64,000 nucleotides of DNA from a virus (Duplodnaviria > Caudoviricetes), in the IMG/VR virus record IMGVR_UViG_3300029305_004606, positions 136,991-200,990 of that record. One strand, 5' to 3'. How positions within the stretch are numbered: position 1 is the first letter of the stretch; every line of letters begins with the position of its first letter. This document shows positions 48,080 to 58,000 of this stretch, piece after piece. Both the position numbers and the translations under genes were made by a program. The notes beneath the pieces are model-generated. The model made no database searches. It saw nothing but the letters and a program-made list of their open reading frames with translations, and was not told the origin of the DNA.

Positions 48080-49916
48080 ACATAATTTAGCTGCCGATAT
48101 TATCTTCAAAAAAGAGGACATTGCAGTTGAAGAAACGTCCAATGAAAGTATTGAGATCAAGGTTCCTGTAAATACAGTGAACGTTGTAAGTGGAGAAAAG
48201 TTAAGAAATATCCAGAGTATCACTTTGAATCAGACAAAGGATTTCTTATCCAAAACATTTGGTCCTATGGGTTCCAATACAAAGATTGTAAAAGGTGCTC
48301 AGCAGTCAGAAATTTCTTCATCTTATTCAAAAGATGGATTGAAAGTTTTGTCTAATATTATTAACTCTGCTCCAATCGAAGCGTCTATTGTAGATGAACT
48401 TGTATCTGTTACAAGAGCAGTTGAGAAAGAAGTAGGTGATGGTACTACATCTACTGTAATTCTCTCATCTATTATCTTCGACAAATTGACAAAGATTGAA
48501 AAGAAATATAAAGTACCACCTTTCCAGCTCTGCAGATTATTCCAGCAGGTTGTAGATAAGATCAAAAAGGATATTCTTTCTAGAAAGAGAGAATGTACTG
48601 TAGATGATATCTATAATATTGCTATGATTTCTACAAATGGTAATACATTTGTATCTCAGAATATTGCAGATGTTTATAAACAGTATGGTATGGATGTGGA
48701 GTTGTCAGCAGGTATTTCTAACTCTAATGATACTGTATTGAAAGTATATGATGGTTTGACTATCACTGAAGGTATGTCTGATCCGGTATATATCAATAAT
48801 AAAGCTAATAATACTGCAGAGATTCACAATGCCAATGTTTACCATTTTGTAGACCCTGTAGATTCTATGGATATGATTGCTTTATTTGAGGCTATTTTGC
48901 AGCAGAATATTTATGAGCCTTTAAGTAATCAGGAAGATCCTATTCCTACTGTTATCACATGCCCCAAATTATCAAAGGATATGGCAGCAACTCTTAAGAT
49001 GCTTGCTAATCATTTATATCAGTATAATGAAGCTGGAGCAGAAGCAGCTAAGCCTCCTATTCTTATCATTACTGATGTAATTGCTTCAGATGAAGTTATT
49101 ATGGATGATATTGCTAATCTTTGTGGATGTAAGAGCATCCGTAAATATATTGATGCTAAAGCATATGAGAAAGATGTGGCTGCAGGTATTGCCCCTACAG
49201 TTGAAAATGTTGTAACATTTGCTGGTAAAGCTGAATTGGTTGTTGCTGATTCTAAGAAAACCAAGTTTATTAATCCGGTACATATGATTGGAGAAGATGG
49301 AGATAAAGATCCTATTTATACAGCTATGGTTAATTTCTTAGAAACAGAAATTGAACAGGCTAAAGGTTCTGAAAATGCTGGAACTATTGGTCTTCTTAAG
49401 AAGAGATTATCTGCTCTTAAGGCTAATATGGTTGACTATCTTGTAGGTGGTGTAACTATTGCTGAAAGAGATATGGAAAAAGACTTAGTTGAAGATGCTA
49501 TTAAGAACTGTAAATCTGCATCTCTATATGGTGTAGGACATGCAGCAAACTTTGAAGGTATGCTATCAGCTTTAAATGTATACTCAGAAATTTTCAATGA
49601 TGAGTCTACTTCTGATATTGAAGAAGATATTGCTAAAATCATCTTTACTGCTTATACAGAGATTAGTACTATTCTCTATTCTACTGTAGAAATGAATGAA
49701 TCTACTGTTAAAGAATATATTCTTGAAAGCTTAAAGAATGGTCAGCCTTACAATATTTCTTCCGGTATGCTTCCTAAGACTGATGAAGAAAATCCTGAAG
49801 TATTATGTTCTATCATGCTGGATATTAATATCCTTGATACTATCGCTAAGATTATCACAATGATGGTTACATGTAATCAGTGTTTACTTCAGCACCCTAA
49901 TCTTAACAGATATTAA
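48063..49916 (+). CDS. groEL: Phage GroEL-like chaperonin (Cpn60/TCP-1 family)
   Basis: 'TFGPMG', 'SKDGLKVL', 'VGDGTTST', 'VGG.T..E..M.KDLVEDA'. Confidence 0.88.
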   Translation: MEVVNKHNLAADIIFKKEDIAVEETSNESIEIKVPVNTVNVVSGEKLRNIQSITLNQTKDFLSKTFGPMGSNTKIVKGAQQSEISSSYSKDGLKVLSNIINSAPIEASIVDELVSVTRAVEKEVGDGTTSTVILSSIIFDKLTKIEKKYKVPPFQLCRLFQQVVDKIKKDILSRKRECTVDDIYNIAMISTNGNTFVSQNIADVYKQYGMDVELSAGISNSNDTVLKVYDGLTITEGMSDPVYINNKANNTAEIHNANVYHFVDPVDSMDMIALFEAILQQNIYEPLSNQEDPIPTVITCPKLSKDMAATLKMLANHLYQYNEAGAEAAKPPILIITDVIASDEVIMDDIANLCGCKSIRKYIDAKAYEKDVAAGIAPTVENVVTFAGKAELVVADSKKTKFINPVHMIGEDGDKDPIYTAMVNFLETEIEQAKGSENAGTIGLLKKRLSALKANMVDYLVGGVTIAERDMEKDLVEDAIKNCKSASLYGVGHAANFEGMLSALNVYSEIFNDESTSDIEEDIAKIIFTAYTEISTILYSTVEMNESTVKEYILESLKNGQPYNISSGMLPKTDEENPEVLCSIMLDINILDTIAKIITMMVTCNQCLLQHPNLNRY

Positions 49917-49934
49917 GATATAAAGAGTTAATAT

Positions 49935-49960
49935 TGGGTAGCCTATTATATGGCTACCCA
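49935..49960 (+). terminator. Hairpin / terminator
   Basis: TGGGTAGCC/GGCTACCCA. Confidence 0.55.
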
Positions 49961-49988
49961 TATAACTCCAAGAGAGGTGATTTGTAAA

Positions 49989-50771
49989 ATGAAACTTACA
50001 ATGGAACAATATATAACTAATCCTATGCAGTCTCCTATATTGACAGCAACAATGCGAGAATCCATGAGAAGTAGTTATATTAAGAAATTTAATGCTCTAT
50101 TGTTAAGAGAGCATGGTGTTATCAATTATTTCCTCTATAAAGATGAGGAGAATCATAAGTATTATGCTTATTTTAAGATTCCATCAGAAACAATCGAAAG
50201 ATTTTATTATGATACTATTATAGAATTTTCTGCCGATCATACTGTAAAAGAAGCAGGAAATAATCTATTTAAATACAACGTAAGATTTTATTCAAATGAT
50301 CCATCATTTGTTTACAGTTACGCATATGTATTTAGTCGCAAAGGATTATTTATTAATCAATTTGCAGATAAAATGAGTCAAAAAGCATTAAGAGAACCTG
50401 CTAAAGAAAAGAATCCTGCCAACCAAGTTGGTTATGTAAAGAGTATTTATTTTGCTTATCTTTTCATGAAGCTTAGATCTTTTAATGATATAGATAAATT
50501 CAAAGCACAAGCAAGTGTTTTAGATATAGGCAATCTTATAGCTACAGTAATGCCTGCAGATCAGAAACTTGGTGAAAGAGAAGATGCTGGAGAGAGACTT
50601 AGTAGAAAGAAAGAGATTGCAAAGAAGAAAGCCAAGAGAGAAGAAGAAGCTGCTAAAAAGAAAGATTCTGAATTAGCAGTTAAATATACCAAGAAAGTTG
50701 GTAGAAGTAATGTTAAAACTACTTCTATGGTCAAAACAACAAAAACTACCAAAAGAACGAAACGGAAATAG
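49989..50771 (+). CDS. Conserved jumbo-phage-type hypothetical protein with basic C-terminal tail
   Basis: ATG after GAGGTG; 'KIPSE...YD..IEF', 'YSNDPSFVY'; K/R/T-rich tail. Confidence 0.75.
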   Translation: MKLTMEQYITNPMQSPILTATMRESMRSSYIKKFNALLLREHGVINYFLYKDEENHKYYAYFKIPSETIERFYYDTIIEFSADHTVKEAGNNLFKYNVRFYSNDPSFVYSYAYVFSRKGLFINQFADKMSQKALREPAKEKNPANQVGYVKSIYFAYLFMKLRSFNDIDKFKAQASVLDIGNLIATVMPADQKLGEREDAGERLSRKKEIAKKKAKREEEAAKKKDSELAVKYTKKVGRSNVKTTSMVKTTKTTKRTKRK

Positions 50772-50775
50772 AATT

Positions 50776-50792
50776 ATATATTATAATTCTGA
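50776..50792 (+). promoter_or_regulatory. Early promoter
   Basis: ATATATTATA-ATTC-TGA. Confidence 0.6.
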
Positions 50793-50844
50793 TAGATGGA
50801 AAGTATTCTAATCTGTCAAAAATGATAAAGGAGCAGCAACAAAT

Positions 50845-52344
50845 ATGTCACAGAAAAATGTAATACCATTAGCTGATGAGTGGAAACCTTCAGCAGAAGA
50901 TGTTATTTTTACCAATGCAAAAGATATTGTAGTAGCACCTGTGTCTAGTTACTATCATCTTGAAGATCAAACTCATCGTATCAATTATTTCTGGATTAAG
51001 CCTAAAAAGTCGTATAATTCAGATTTACTTAGAGATCATTGTTGTCATTATGCAAATTACTTTGAAAAGTTCTATGATGCAGAGAAAGAATATTTTACAA
51101 ATCTTTGTTACTTGAAATTTATGGTTGATTGCGTTGGACAGTATTCTACTCAGAATTTTATGTTTGACATTAATCGTTATATTTTGCAGCCGAGTATATT
51201 TGAAAAAGTAAGAAGAATGGTTGATGATAATTATGCATTGGAATTATCATATAAATCTGCAAATAATCCGCAGTTACAGTATACAGATGGACATGCAAAA
51301 ACATTATTACAAGCTAGTATTTTGATGAATCTCTGTATTCCTATTATCTGCCACTTTGCTTATTCAAGAAAGATTGGTGATATCGATGAGTTCTTACTTG
51401 ATGTATATGATAATATTCTTTATGCACCTCAGTTTTCTCATTGTAATATTACCAGCAAACTTTATGAAACTAGTATTTCAAATGTAAATAGAAATGCTAA
51501 GAATAATGCAGTTATTTGGGCTAAGCAGGATATTAGAGGTAAGGATACGATTACTCATTCTATGGGTGCAGTAAGAAATATTATCTTGAATATTATGCCT
51601 AAGTATACTTTTTCTCAGAATATGGTATCTTTGAATTATACTAGTATTCAGAAGAGCAATAAGTATCAGGTTACAGATATTCAGTATGAATATTCATATG
51701 TATCTTTATCATCATCTAAGCGAGAAGGTGAAGATAATGTATCAGATTTTGATAGATTTGAAGCAAATCTTACAAAAGCAGATGAGTCCACATATCTTAT
51801 GATGAAATATAATTATGAGTATATTATGGATAGTATTGAAAAGCAGTATGGACCTTTTAGTGAGGATGAAATTAATTTCTATAAGAAAGAATTAACAAAC
51901 TCCAATGGAGAAATCATCAACAATTTCCAAAAGCAGCTTGTATTTAATCTTTTTTACAAGTTCTTTGGTGATACAGTATCTATCAAGAGTATCAACAATG
52001 ATGATTATATCAAACTTATCATCAGTGCTAAGAGAATGCTTAAAGGTAGTTCTATGGGATTCTTGCCGTACATAATTTCTGGTAAAGTGAATAAGATTGT
52101 TTCTAGAAAGAGTCTCAATAAAAAAGAGATATCGGAAATGGAATCTTCACAATACTATAATTATGTAGTGGACAAATACAAAAATCCTAAGATACTTCAG
52201 CAAATTCTTGGAACAATTGCTACAATTATCACCAGTAGCTTTTCTGTAATAGATCCGTTTGATCCTAATCTCAATGGAACACCGATTACTGTTGAAAGTA
52301 GAATTATTATCGAGGAAACTTTGTTATATACACTACTTATTTAA
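50845..52344 (+). CDS. Candidate non-virion RNA polymerase promoter-specificity subunit (AR9 gp226 / phiKZ gp68-like)
   Basis: 499-aa helical protein two genes from the chaperonin (AR9 gp228-gp226 spacing), under an early promoter, with AR9-type late promoters across the window; call rests on synteny, not alignment. Confidence 0.5.
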   Translation: MSQKNVIPLADEWKPSAEDVIFTNAKDIVVAPVSSYYHLEDQTHRINYFWIKPKKSYNSDLLRDHCCHYANYFEKFYDAEKEYFTNLCYLKFMVDCVGQYSTQNFMFDINRYILQPSIFEKVRRMVDDNYALELSYKSANNPQLQYTDGHAKTLLQASILMNLCIPIICHFAYSRKIGDIDEFLLDVYDNILYAPQFSHCNITSKLYETSISNVNRNAKNNAVIWAKQDIRGKDTITHSMGAVRNIILNIMPKYTFSQNMVSLNYTSIQKSNKYQVTDIQYEYSYVSLSSSKREGEDNVSDFDRFEANLTKADESTYLMMKYNYEYIMDSIEKQYGPFSEDEINFYKKELTNSNGEIINNFQKQLVFNLFYKFFGDTVSIKSINNDDYIKLIISAKRMLKGSSMGFLPYIISGKVNKIVSRKSLNKKEISEMESSQYYNYVVDKYKNPKILQQILGTIATIITSSFSVIDPFDPNLNGTPITVESRIIIEETLLYTLLI

Positions 52345-52373
52345 AACAACAAGAAAGGTATAGGTGGGATCAA

Positions 52374-52682
52374 ATGATATCGAAAATTTTTAGATGTATT
52401 GCTGTATTAATGGTGAGAATTGCAGGAATTGCATTTGTAATTGTAGCTATTGCTATGCTTTGGAAGAGTGTTGGTATTTGTCAGAATTTATCACAGTGCT
52501 TAGCACCATCTGCTCAAATTGGAATTAGTGCTTTAAGATTAGCAGGATTATTTGTTCTCAATTTTATAGCATTGTTGTTTGATTGGTGCATTGCAGCTAC
52601 ACTGGTTGTAATTGCGGTTGCTATGATTTTATACAAAACAGAAGCTGCTGACAAAATTGCCAATATGAATGTAATAGATTAA
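52374..52682 (+). CDS. Small membrane protein
   Basis: 102 aa with 2-3 hydrophobic helices. Confidence 0.7.
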   Translation: MISKIFRCIAVLMVRIAGIAFVIVAIAMLWKSVGICQNLSQCLAPSAQIGISALRLAGLFVLNFIALLFDWCIAATLVVIAVAMILYKTEAADKIANMNVID

Positions 52683-52693
52683 TGATTAATTCT

Positions 52694-52726
52694 TATACAG
52701 AGATAGAGAAATCTATCTCTGTATTT
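52694..52726 (+). terminator. Intrinsic terminator
   Basis: ATACAGAGATAGA/TCTATCTCTGTAT followed by T tract. Confidence 0.75.
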
Positions 52727-52744
52727 TATTTATAGGAGCAAAAT

Positions 52745-53809
52745 ATGATAAGTCCAGAATTATATCGAAGTCATCTTTTGAATTCGATACCTACTGCTAT
52801 TATTGCTAGTGGTGGTAGACAAATCAATTGTAGATGTTTCTTTTGTCCGGACGGAAAGAGTGCTAGTTCTAAGCATTTTTATATCTCTATACCTCAAAAT
52901 GAAAAAGAACCTAGTTTATATTATTGTCATAAATGTCATTCTAGTGGAGTAATGAATTACAAGAAACTCATTGAATGGGATATATACAATGATGAAGTTG
53001 CTATAGAATTAATTAATCATAATAAACATTGTGATGTAAATTCTATGAGAAAATATACTGATAAGACTCATTATATTATGAGATGTCTAACTACATCTGA
53101 TACAAATGTGTCTGCTATAAAGTTGAAGTATATAAACGAAAGATTAGGAACTAATTTTAGTTATGAGGATTTAAGAAAGCTGAAGATTATTTTAAATTTG
53201 AAAGATCTTTTAAGAGACAATGGAGTAACAAATTTAACTAGAAATGCTAATATAGTAGATCAGTTAGATATTAATTTCTTGGGATTTTTATCAATAGATA
53301 ATGCTTTTCTTAATATGAGACGAATCTGTGATGAAGGATTAGTTTATGAAGGTATAGATAAGAGATATATAAACTATAAGATCTTTGACAAGTTTGATAC
53401 TTCTGAAAGATTTTATACTATACCTACAACTATCAATGTTCTGGATGCTAATAGAATTAAGATTCATATAGCAGAAGGACCATTTGATATTCTGTCTATA
53501 TATAAAAACGTAAGAAAAGAAGAACCTGGTATATATACTTGCATTGCAGGTTCAAACTATAAAGCTATAGCTATGTATTTTATCGAAAATTATAAGTTGC
53601 CTTTAGTAGAATTACATTTTTATCCCGATAATGATAAATATGGTGCTACAACTAAAATACAAAAAATAGCTCAATATTTCTTTCCCATGAATATTCCTGT
53701 ATATTTGCATAGAAATACATTTCCTGGACAGAAAGATTTTGGAGTTAGTCCAGATAAAATACAAGAAGCTATTCAACCATTAAATCCTTATTATATGACA
53801 GGAGTATAA
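52745..53809 (+). CDS. dnaG: DNA primase (zinc-binding + TOPRIM)
   Basis: 'CRCFFCPD...YYCHKCHSSG', 'IAEGPFD', 'YPDND', 'KDFG'. Confidence 0.85.
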   Translation: MISPELYRSHLLNSIPTAIIASGGRQINCRCFFCPDGKSASSKHFYISIPQNEKEPSLYYCHKCHSSGVMNYKKLIEWDIYNDEVAIELINHNKHCDVNSMRKYTDKTHYIMRCLTTSDTNVSAIKLKYINERLGTNFSYEDLRKLKIILNLKDLLRDNGVTNLTRNANIVDQLDINFLGFLSIDNAFLNMRRICDEGLVYEGIDKRYINYKIFDKFDTSERFYTIPTTINVLDANRIKIHIAEGPFDILSIYKNVRKEEPGIYTCIAGSNYKAIAMYFIENYKLPLVELHFYPDNDKYGATTKIQKIAQYFFPMNIPVYLHRNTFPGQKDFGVSPDKIQEAIQPLNPYYMTGV

Positions 53810-53812
53810 CAG

Positions 53813-54001
53813 ATGAAGAAGATTATTTATCCAATTATGATTATATTGGTATCATGCTTTATTGGATATAAATGGTACCATAATAAAGCAAGATATATTA
53901 AGGTTGAAAAACAGAAACCTGTGTGCGTGAATGCAAAAAATTGTGAAAGATGTCCGTATCAAATAGAATGCTACGGGATTGATGATGATACTGATTTATA
54001 A
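53813..54001 (+). CDS. Small membrane-anchored Cys-rich protein
   Basis: N-terminal hydrophobic helix, 'CVNAKNCERCPYQIEC'. Confidence 0.6.
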   Translation: MKKIIYPIMIILVSCFIGYKWYHNKARYIKVEKQKPVCVNAKNCERCPYQIECYGIDDDTDL

Positions 54002-54007
54002 TAACAA

Positions 54008-54046
54008 ATAAACTCTAGGGTACACAAGCCCTAGAGTTTATTTTTT
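54008..54046 (+). terminator. Terminator (CTAG family)
   Basis: AAACTCTAGGG/CCCTAGAGTTT followed by T tract. Confidence 0.75.
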
Positions 54047-54058
54047 CACAATAGATTA
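54047..54058 (+). promoter_or_regulatory. Late promoter CACA-N6-TA
   Basis: CACA-ATAGAT-TA. Confidence 0.6.
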
Positions 54059-54090
54059 ATGTAATACTGGAGAAAGAGAGGTGTAGTACT

Positions 54091-55311
54091 TTGGGTAAGA
54101 TTTTAGAAACTACTTATCATGATTCTGTAGAAAAAGTCACCCAGTTTCATGGTGCATTAATAAAGAATCCATTTTACAGTTTAAGCGATAAGAAGCCTAC
54201 TATCGTAACTTATTATAATATTAACAAAGAAGCTAGTACATTAGATCCTGGTTCTAAGTTAAGTTATGATAATATTGGTAAGAAATCTCCGCTACGATTT
54301 AATAAGATTGATGATTTTATGCTCTACGGGTTTACAAGAATAGAGTTGAATACTGAAAATGATGAATTTGGATTAGAGGCAGATAAAATTACAGGAGAAT
54401 GTTATATTCTTCCTAATACTATCAAACCTACAGAAGGTGATTATTTTGAAGTAGAGCATATTACTGATTCTACTTGGTTATTCATTGTAACAGATATTCA
54501 GAAGGATACTCTTGAAAATGGATCTAATGTTTATAAAATTACTTATAAGCTTGAGTATGTAGATCATGAAAGATTACTTGAACAGGTAGTTGGTTCTTAT
54601 AGAATGATTGAAAAGAGAGAAGGAACCAATATTGCTAAAGTAGTAGAAAATACTAAGTATGATGTTGCAAAAACAATGGATGAGATTGCTGTTAAACTGA
54701 AAACAACTTTTAACGAGTTATTTTACAATCAGTATGTACAAACATTTATCTATATGGATGTAACTGAGTGGAGAATATATGATGAATATATGATAGAATT
54801 TCTTATTAGAAATAAGATTCTTAATAATGGAAATGATTCATATATTCATGTAGGACATCAATTACAAGTTGATAAAACTTTCTCTATTGATTATGACAAT
54901 ACATTATTCAGAGCATTTGAAAAGAGAGATAAGAATATGTTGATTAAATCTGATAGAGCTGTTCAACCTATGAATATTATAGGTTATGGAACTACTTTCT
55001 CTTCTAGATTTGAAACTTATTTTAAAGCTAGATATACAAATCTTGATGGTGGATATAGTACTTGTTGCTTAGAAGATGATATTATCTTTAGAGTACAGGA
55101 TCATAAATTGGTAGAAGAAGTTGATTCTATTGTAGAAGATATCGAATTATGGAAAAATATTATTGTTAAACATTTCTATGATGAAGATTTTACTACAAAA
55201 GAGATAGAAAGTATCAATAATATTAGGTTTGATGTATCATATAAAGCCTTTTATTTGATACCTTTATTCATTTTATGCCTTGAAACTGCTATTGAAAAAG
55301 CATTAAAATGA
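54091..55311 (+). CDS. Putative virion structural protein (neck/head-tail region)
   Basis: TTG start after GAGGTG; 'ILPNTIKPTEGDYF...WLFIVT' beta-barrel pattern; late promoter. Confidence 0.6.
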   Translation: MGKILETTYHDSVEKVTQFHGALIKNPFYSLSDKKPTIVTYYNINKEASTLDPGSKLSYDNIGKKSPLRFNKIDDFMLYGFTRIELNTENDEFGLEADKITGECYILPNTIKPTEGDYFEVEHITDSTWLFIVTDIQKDTLENGSNVYKITYKLEYVDHERLLEQVVGSYRMIEKREGTNIAKVVENTKYDVAKTMDEIAVKLKTTFNELFYNQYVQTFIYMDVTEWRIYDEYMIEFLIRNKILNNGNDSYIHVGHQLQVDKTFSIDYDNTLFRAFEKRDKNMLIKSDRAVQPMNIIGYGTTFSSRFETYFKARYTNLDGGYSTCCLEDDIIFRVQDHKLVEEVDSIVEDIELWKNIIVKHFYDEDFTTKEIESINNIRFDVSYKAFYLIPLFILCLETAIEKALK

Positions 55312-55322
55312 ACATGTATATA
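55311..55322 (+). promoter_or_regulatory. Late promoter AACA-N6-TA
   Basis: AACA-TGTATA-TA. Confidence 0.65.
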
Positions 55323-55379
55323 AAATCTAGCATTATTTGCTGATATATAACAAAATAATCCCTATAAGGAGGAACTACA

Positions 55380-57107
55380 ATGAAAGTAGCAAAGAATATG
55401 GATTCTGTGTTTGCTAAATGCACACAGGACGAATTAGATTTTGATCTTCTCTTTGATAATGATGATACTATTATCGATTTCATTGCTGGTGTTGATGAGT
55501 CTGGAGAACTCTTAACTGGTCCTAACTTTGATTACTCTATTTTAGAGGAAACTGATATGTTAGAAGATCAGGATGATGCTGAAGCTAGAGATGGTAAAGC
55601 TGATCATGAACCTGCACCTGCTGAAGGATCTAAAGATACAGATCTTGAAGTAGGCGGTGAAGTTGGTGATGGTAAAGAAGTTACTGGCGAAGAAAAATCC
55701 AAAGAAAGTGAGGCACATGACATGACTAAGTTAGGTTATGAAACTGCTCAGCAGACTGCTATTCAGAAAGCTATGGAAATTTCTGCTCAGAAATTTGCTG
55801 ATCAGAAAAATGATTGCTGTAAAGAAAATGCAGAGTATGAAGGTTATGAAGAACTTGTAGAAGCTGTTGTTAACGGTTTCATGAGTGAAGAAGAAATTAT
55901 GTCTGAAGATGCTAGCCAGATTGCTATTAACACAGCTGATTATCTTATCAGTGAATGTGCAGATGCTGAAGCAAGAGATGGTAAAGTAGATCCGGACAAC
56001 AAGGATAACATTGAAGGTGTTAAATCTGAAGTTATCGATAATCAGACTAAAGGTGCTGCTAATGAAGATCCTATTGCAGATGATTCTGATCAGGAAGCAA
56101 GAGATGGTAAAGTAGCTCCGGATAAGAATGTTGAAGGTGTTGCTAACAGAATTATGGGAGCAGCAATGGAATCTGCATCAGGAGATATTCATAAAGATAT
56201 TGATGATCAGACTCTTGATAATGGAGTAGAATCTATGAATAAGGATATCGTTCCTGATTCTGTTCGTGTAAATGATGATTCAAATGATATTGATATCAAG
56301 CAGGAAGCTTCTAAGGAAGTGGAAGATTCTTACAAAGATCTTATCGGTGGAATGAAAACTGGTCTTCAGAAATTAGCACTTGCTGATGCTATGAATGAAT
56401 CTGTTCTTGAAGCTGCTGATGCTATTTATGAAGCATCTGAAGGTAATGTTGAAGCTTTTGATGAGTATGTTGAATATCAGGAAATCTGTGAAGCAGTTAT
56501 TGCTGCTATGAGTGATGAACAAATTAACTTAGAAAATGCTTCTGAATTAGTAATCGAAACTGCAAACTATATTATCTCTGAAAGATCTGCATTGAGAAGT
56601 CTTAAGAGAGGTGTAGAAAGAAACCAGGCTAAGAATGCTGCTCCTGAAGTTAAAACAGGTATTAAAGATAAGATTGCTGGTGCTGTTAAAGGTGCTGGAA
56701 ATTGGGTCAAGAATAATCCTGGTAAAGCTGCTGGTATCGGTGTTGGTGTAGCTGCTGCTGGAGCAGGTGCTGCAATCGCTGCTAAGAAGATTTCTGATAA
56801 GAAGAAAGCTGCTCAGGAAAATCAGGAAGAAGTAAAAGAGAATTATGAGTATCCTGAATATGCTAGTCTTATTGAAGCAGTAGTTGCTAGTTTTACAGCA
56901 GAGGAACTTATGGAAGAGAATGCTTCAGAGTTCGCTTGTGAAGTAGCTGATTATATGATTGAGAATGCTGATGATTATTTACTTGGTGATGATGACGATG
57001 AAGATATCGAAAGCATCGCTAATAACAATGATCCTAAAGTTGATTTACAGTATGACTATGACGATGATGAATTAATCGACATGGTTGTTAATGACAAAGA
57101 ACTGTAA
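55380..57107 (+). CDS. Acidic scaffold-like head polyprotein with internal repeats and one basic hydrophobic peptide
   Basis: 3x 'EARDGK'; 3x ~42-aa 'EY....EAV.......E(N/D)AS......A(D/N)Y.I.E' module; many xxE-(A/S/N) sites. Confidence 0.7.
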   Translation: MKVAKNMDSVFAKCTQDELDFDLLFDNDDTIIDFIAGVDESGELLTGPNFDYSILEETDMLEDQDDAEARDGKADHEPAPAEGSKDTDLEVGGEVGDGKEVTGEEKSKESEAHDMTKLGYETAQQTAIQKAMEISAQKFADQKNDCCKENAEYEGYEELVEAVVNGFMSEEEIMSEDASQIAINTADYLISECADAEARDGKVDPDNKDNIEGVKSEVIDNQTKGAANEDPIADDSDQEARDGKVAPDKNVEGVANRIMGAAMESASGDIHKDIDDQTLDNGVESMNKDIVPDSVRVNDDSNDIDIKQEASKEVEDSYKDLIGGMKTGLQKLALADAMNESVLEAADAIYEASEGNVEAFDEYVEYQEICEAVIAAMSDEQINLENASELVIETANYIISERSALRSLKRGVERNQAKNAAPEVKTGIKDKIAGAVKGAGNWVKNNPGKAAGIGVGVAAAGAGAAIAAKKISDKKKAAQENQEEVKENYEYPEYASLIEAVVASFTAEELMEENASEFACEVADYMIENADDYLLGDDDDEDIESIANNNDPKVDLQYDYDDDELIDMVVNDKEL

Positions 57108-57125
57108 TCTTGATCAAAATATATT

Positions 57126-57157
57126 ATGACAAGGAGATATAAAAATCTCCTTGTCAT
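57126..57157 (+). terminator. Terminator
   Basis: ATGACAAGGAGAT/ATCTCCTTGTCAT. Confidence 0.75.
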
Positions 57158-57170
57158 TTATTATTCGATA

Positions 57171-57182
57171 AACAAAAATATA
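57171..57182 (+). promoter_or_regulatory. Late promoter AACA-N6-TA
   Basis: AACA-AAAATA-TA. Confidence 0.65.
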
Positions 57183-57222
57183 AATCATGAAGAAAAAATG
57201 AACTCGAAAGGAGAGCAAAAAC

Positions 57223-57789
57223 ATGTCAGATATGTTTCTTTATACTGTAAAACCCAGAAAAACTATTGTTGGGCTTTCTGGTTCTGCTAAAGTTGTAAGA
57301 ACTAATAAGAGTCTGTATCTTACCAAGGAAGATGTTTTAATCTGTCTTAAGAATGCATCTGTGTATCGTAGATTTGCAAACGAAGGAATCAATGAAAGAG
57401 TAACAATTGATAATGTAGACAGAGTACACAGAGAAAATTATATTGCTGAGGCTGATTGGGCAGCATTTTGTGCTCAGGAGAAATCTAAGGACCATGGTAC
57501 TGTAAAGGTTCCTGGTGCTGAAGATGTAGAAAAGAAAGATGAAATCGTTGCACCTGTAGATGAGATCGTTGGATCTACAGATGATACCGATAAAGAAGAA
57601 TCTGAACAGACTGAAGAAGTTTCAGAAAATGTAACTGAAAACAAAATTGAGGATACTCTTCCGGTTAATGAATCAATTGAAGCTGCTTCTGAAGAAGTAG
57701 TTGAAGATACTGCCGAAATTTCTCAGGATGTTGAAGATGATACAGCTGTTGAAAGTGACGATGACGAAGAAGTCGAAAAAGCAGAGTAA
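57223..57789 (+). CDS. Hypothetical protein with acidic C-terminal half
   Basis: 188 aa, AAGGAG SD. Confidence 0.8.
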   Translation: MSDMFLYTVKPRKTIVGLSGSAKVVRTNKSLYLTKEDVLICLKNASVYRRFANEGINERVTIDNVDRVHRENYIAEADWAAFCAQEKSKDHGTVKVPGAEDVEKKDEIVAPVDEIVGSTDDTDKEESEQTEEVSENVTENKIEDTLPVNESIEAASEEVVEDTAEISQDVEDDTAVESDDDEEVEKAE

Positions 57790-57791
57790 AG

Positions 57792-57895
57792 TACTTCATA
57801 AAAGAAACTGGTACAATTGAATACAAAAACAGTTAGTAGAATATGTGATTCTTACTACAATATCCCACTCTTTTATAGTTTCTTTTATCAAAGTA
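57792..57895 (+). ncRNA. Structured 3'-UTR element (long closing stem, large bubble, apical hairpin)
   Basis: ATAAAAGAAACT/AGTTTCTTTTAT and TAGTAGAAT/ATTCTTACTA pairings. Confidence 0.35.
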
Positions 57896-57952
57896 GGAAT
57901 AGAAAAAATAAAGGTCAACTTATCAACAGACGTTGTATGAACAAAAGCAGAA

Positions 57953-57981
57953 TCCCAGTAGACTGTTAAAGTCTACTGGGA
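57953..57981. terminator. Terminator between convergent genes
   Basis: TCCCAGTAGACT/AGTCTACTGGGA. Confidence 0.75.
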
Positions 57982-58000
57982 CAATGTTTTGTTTTTAGAA

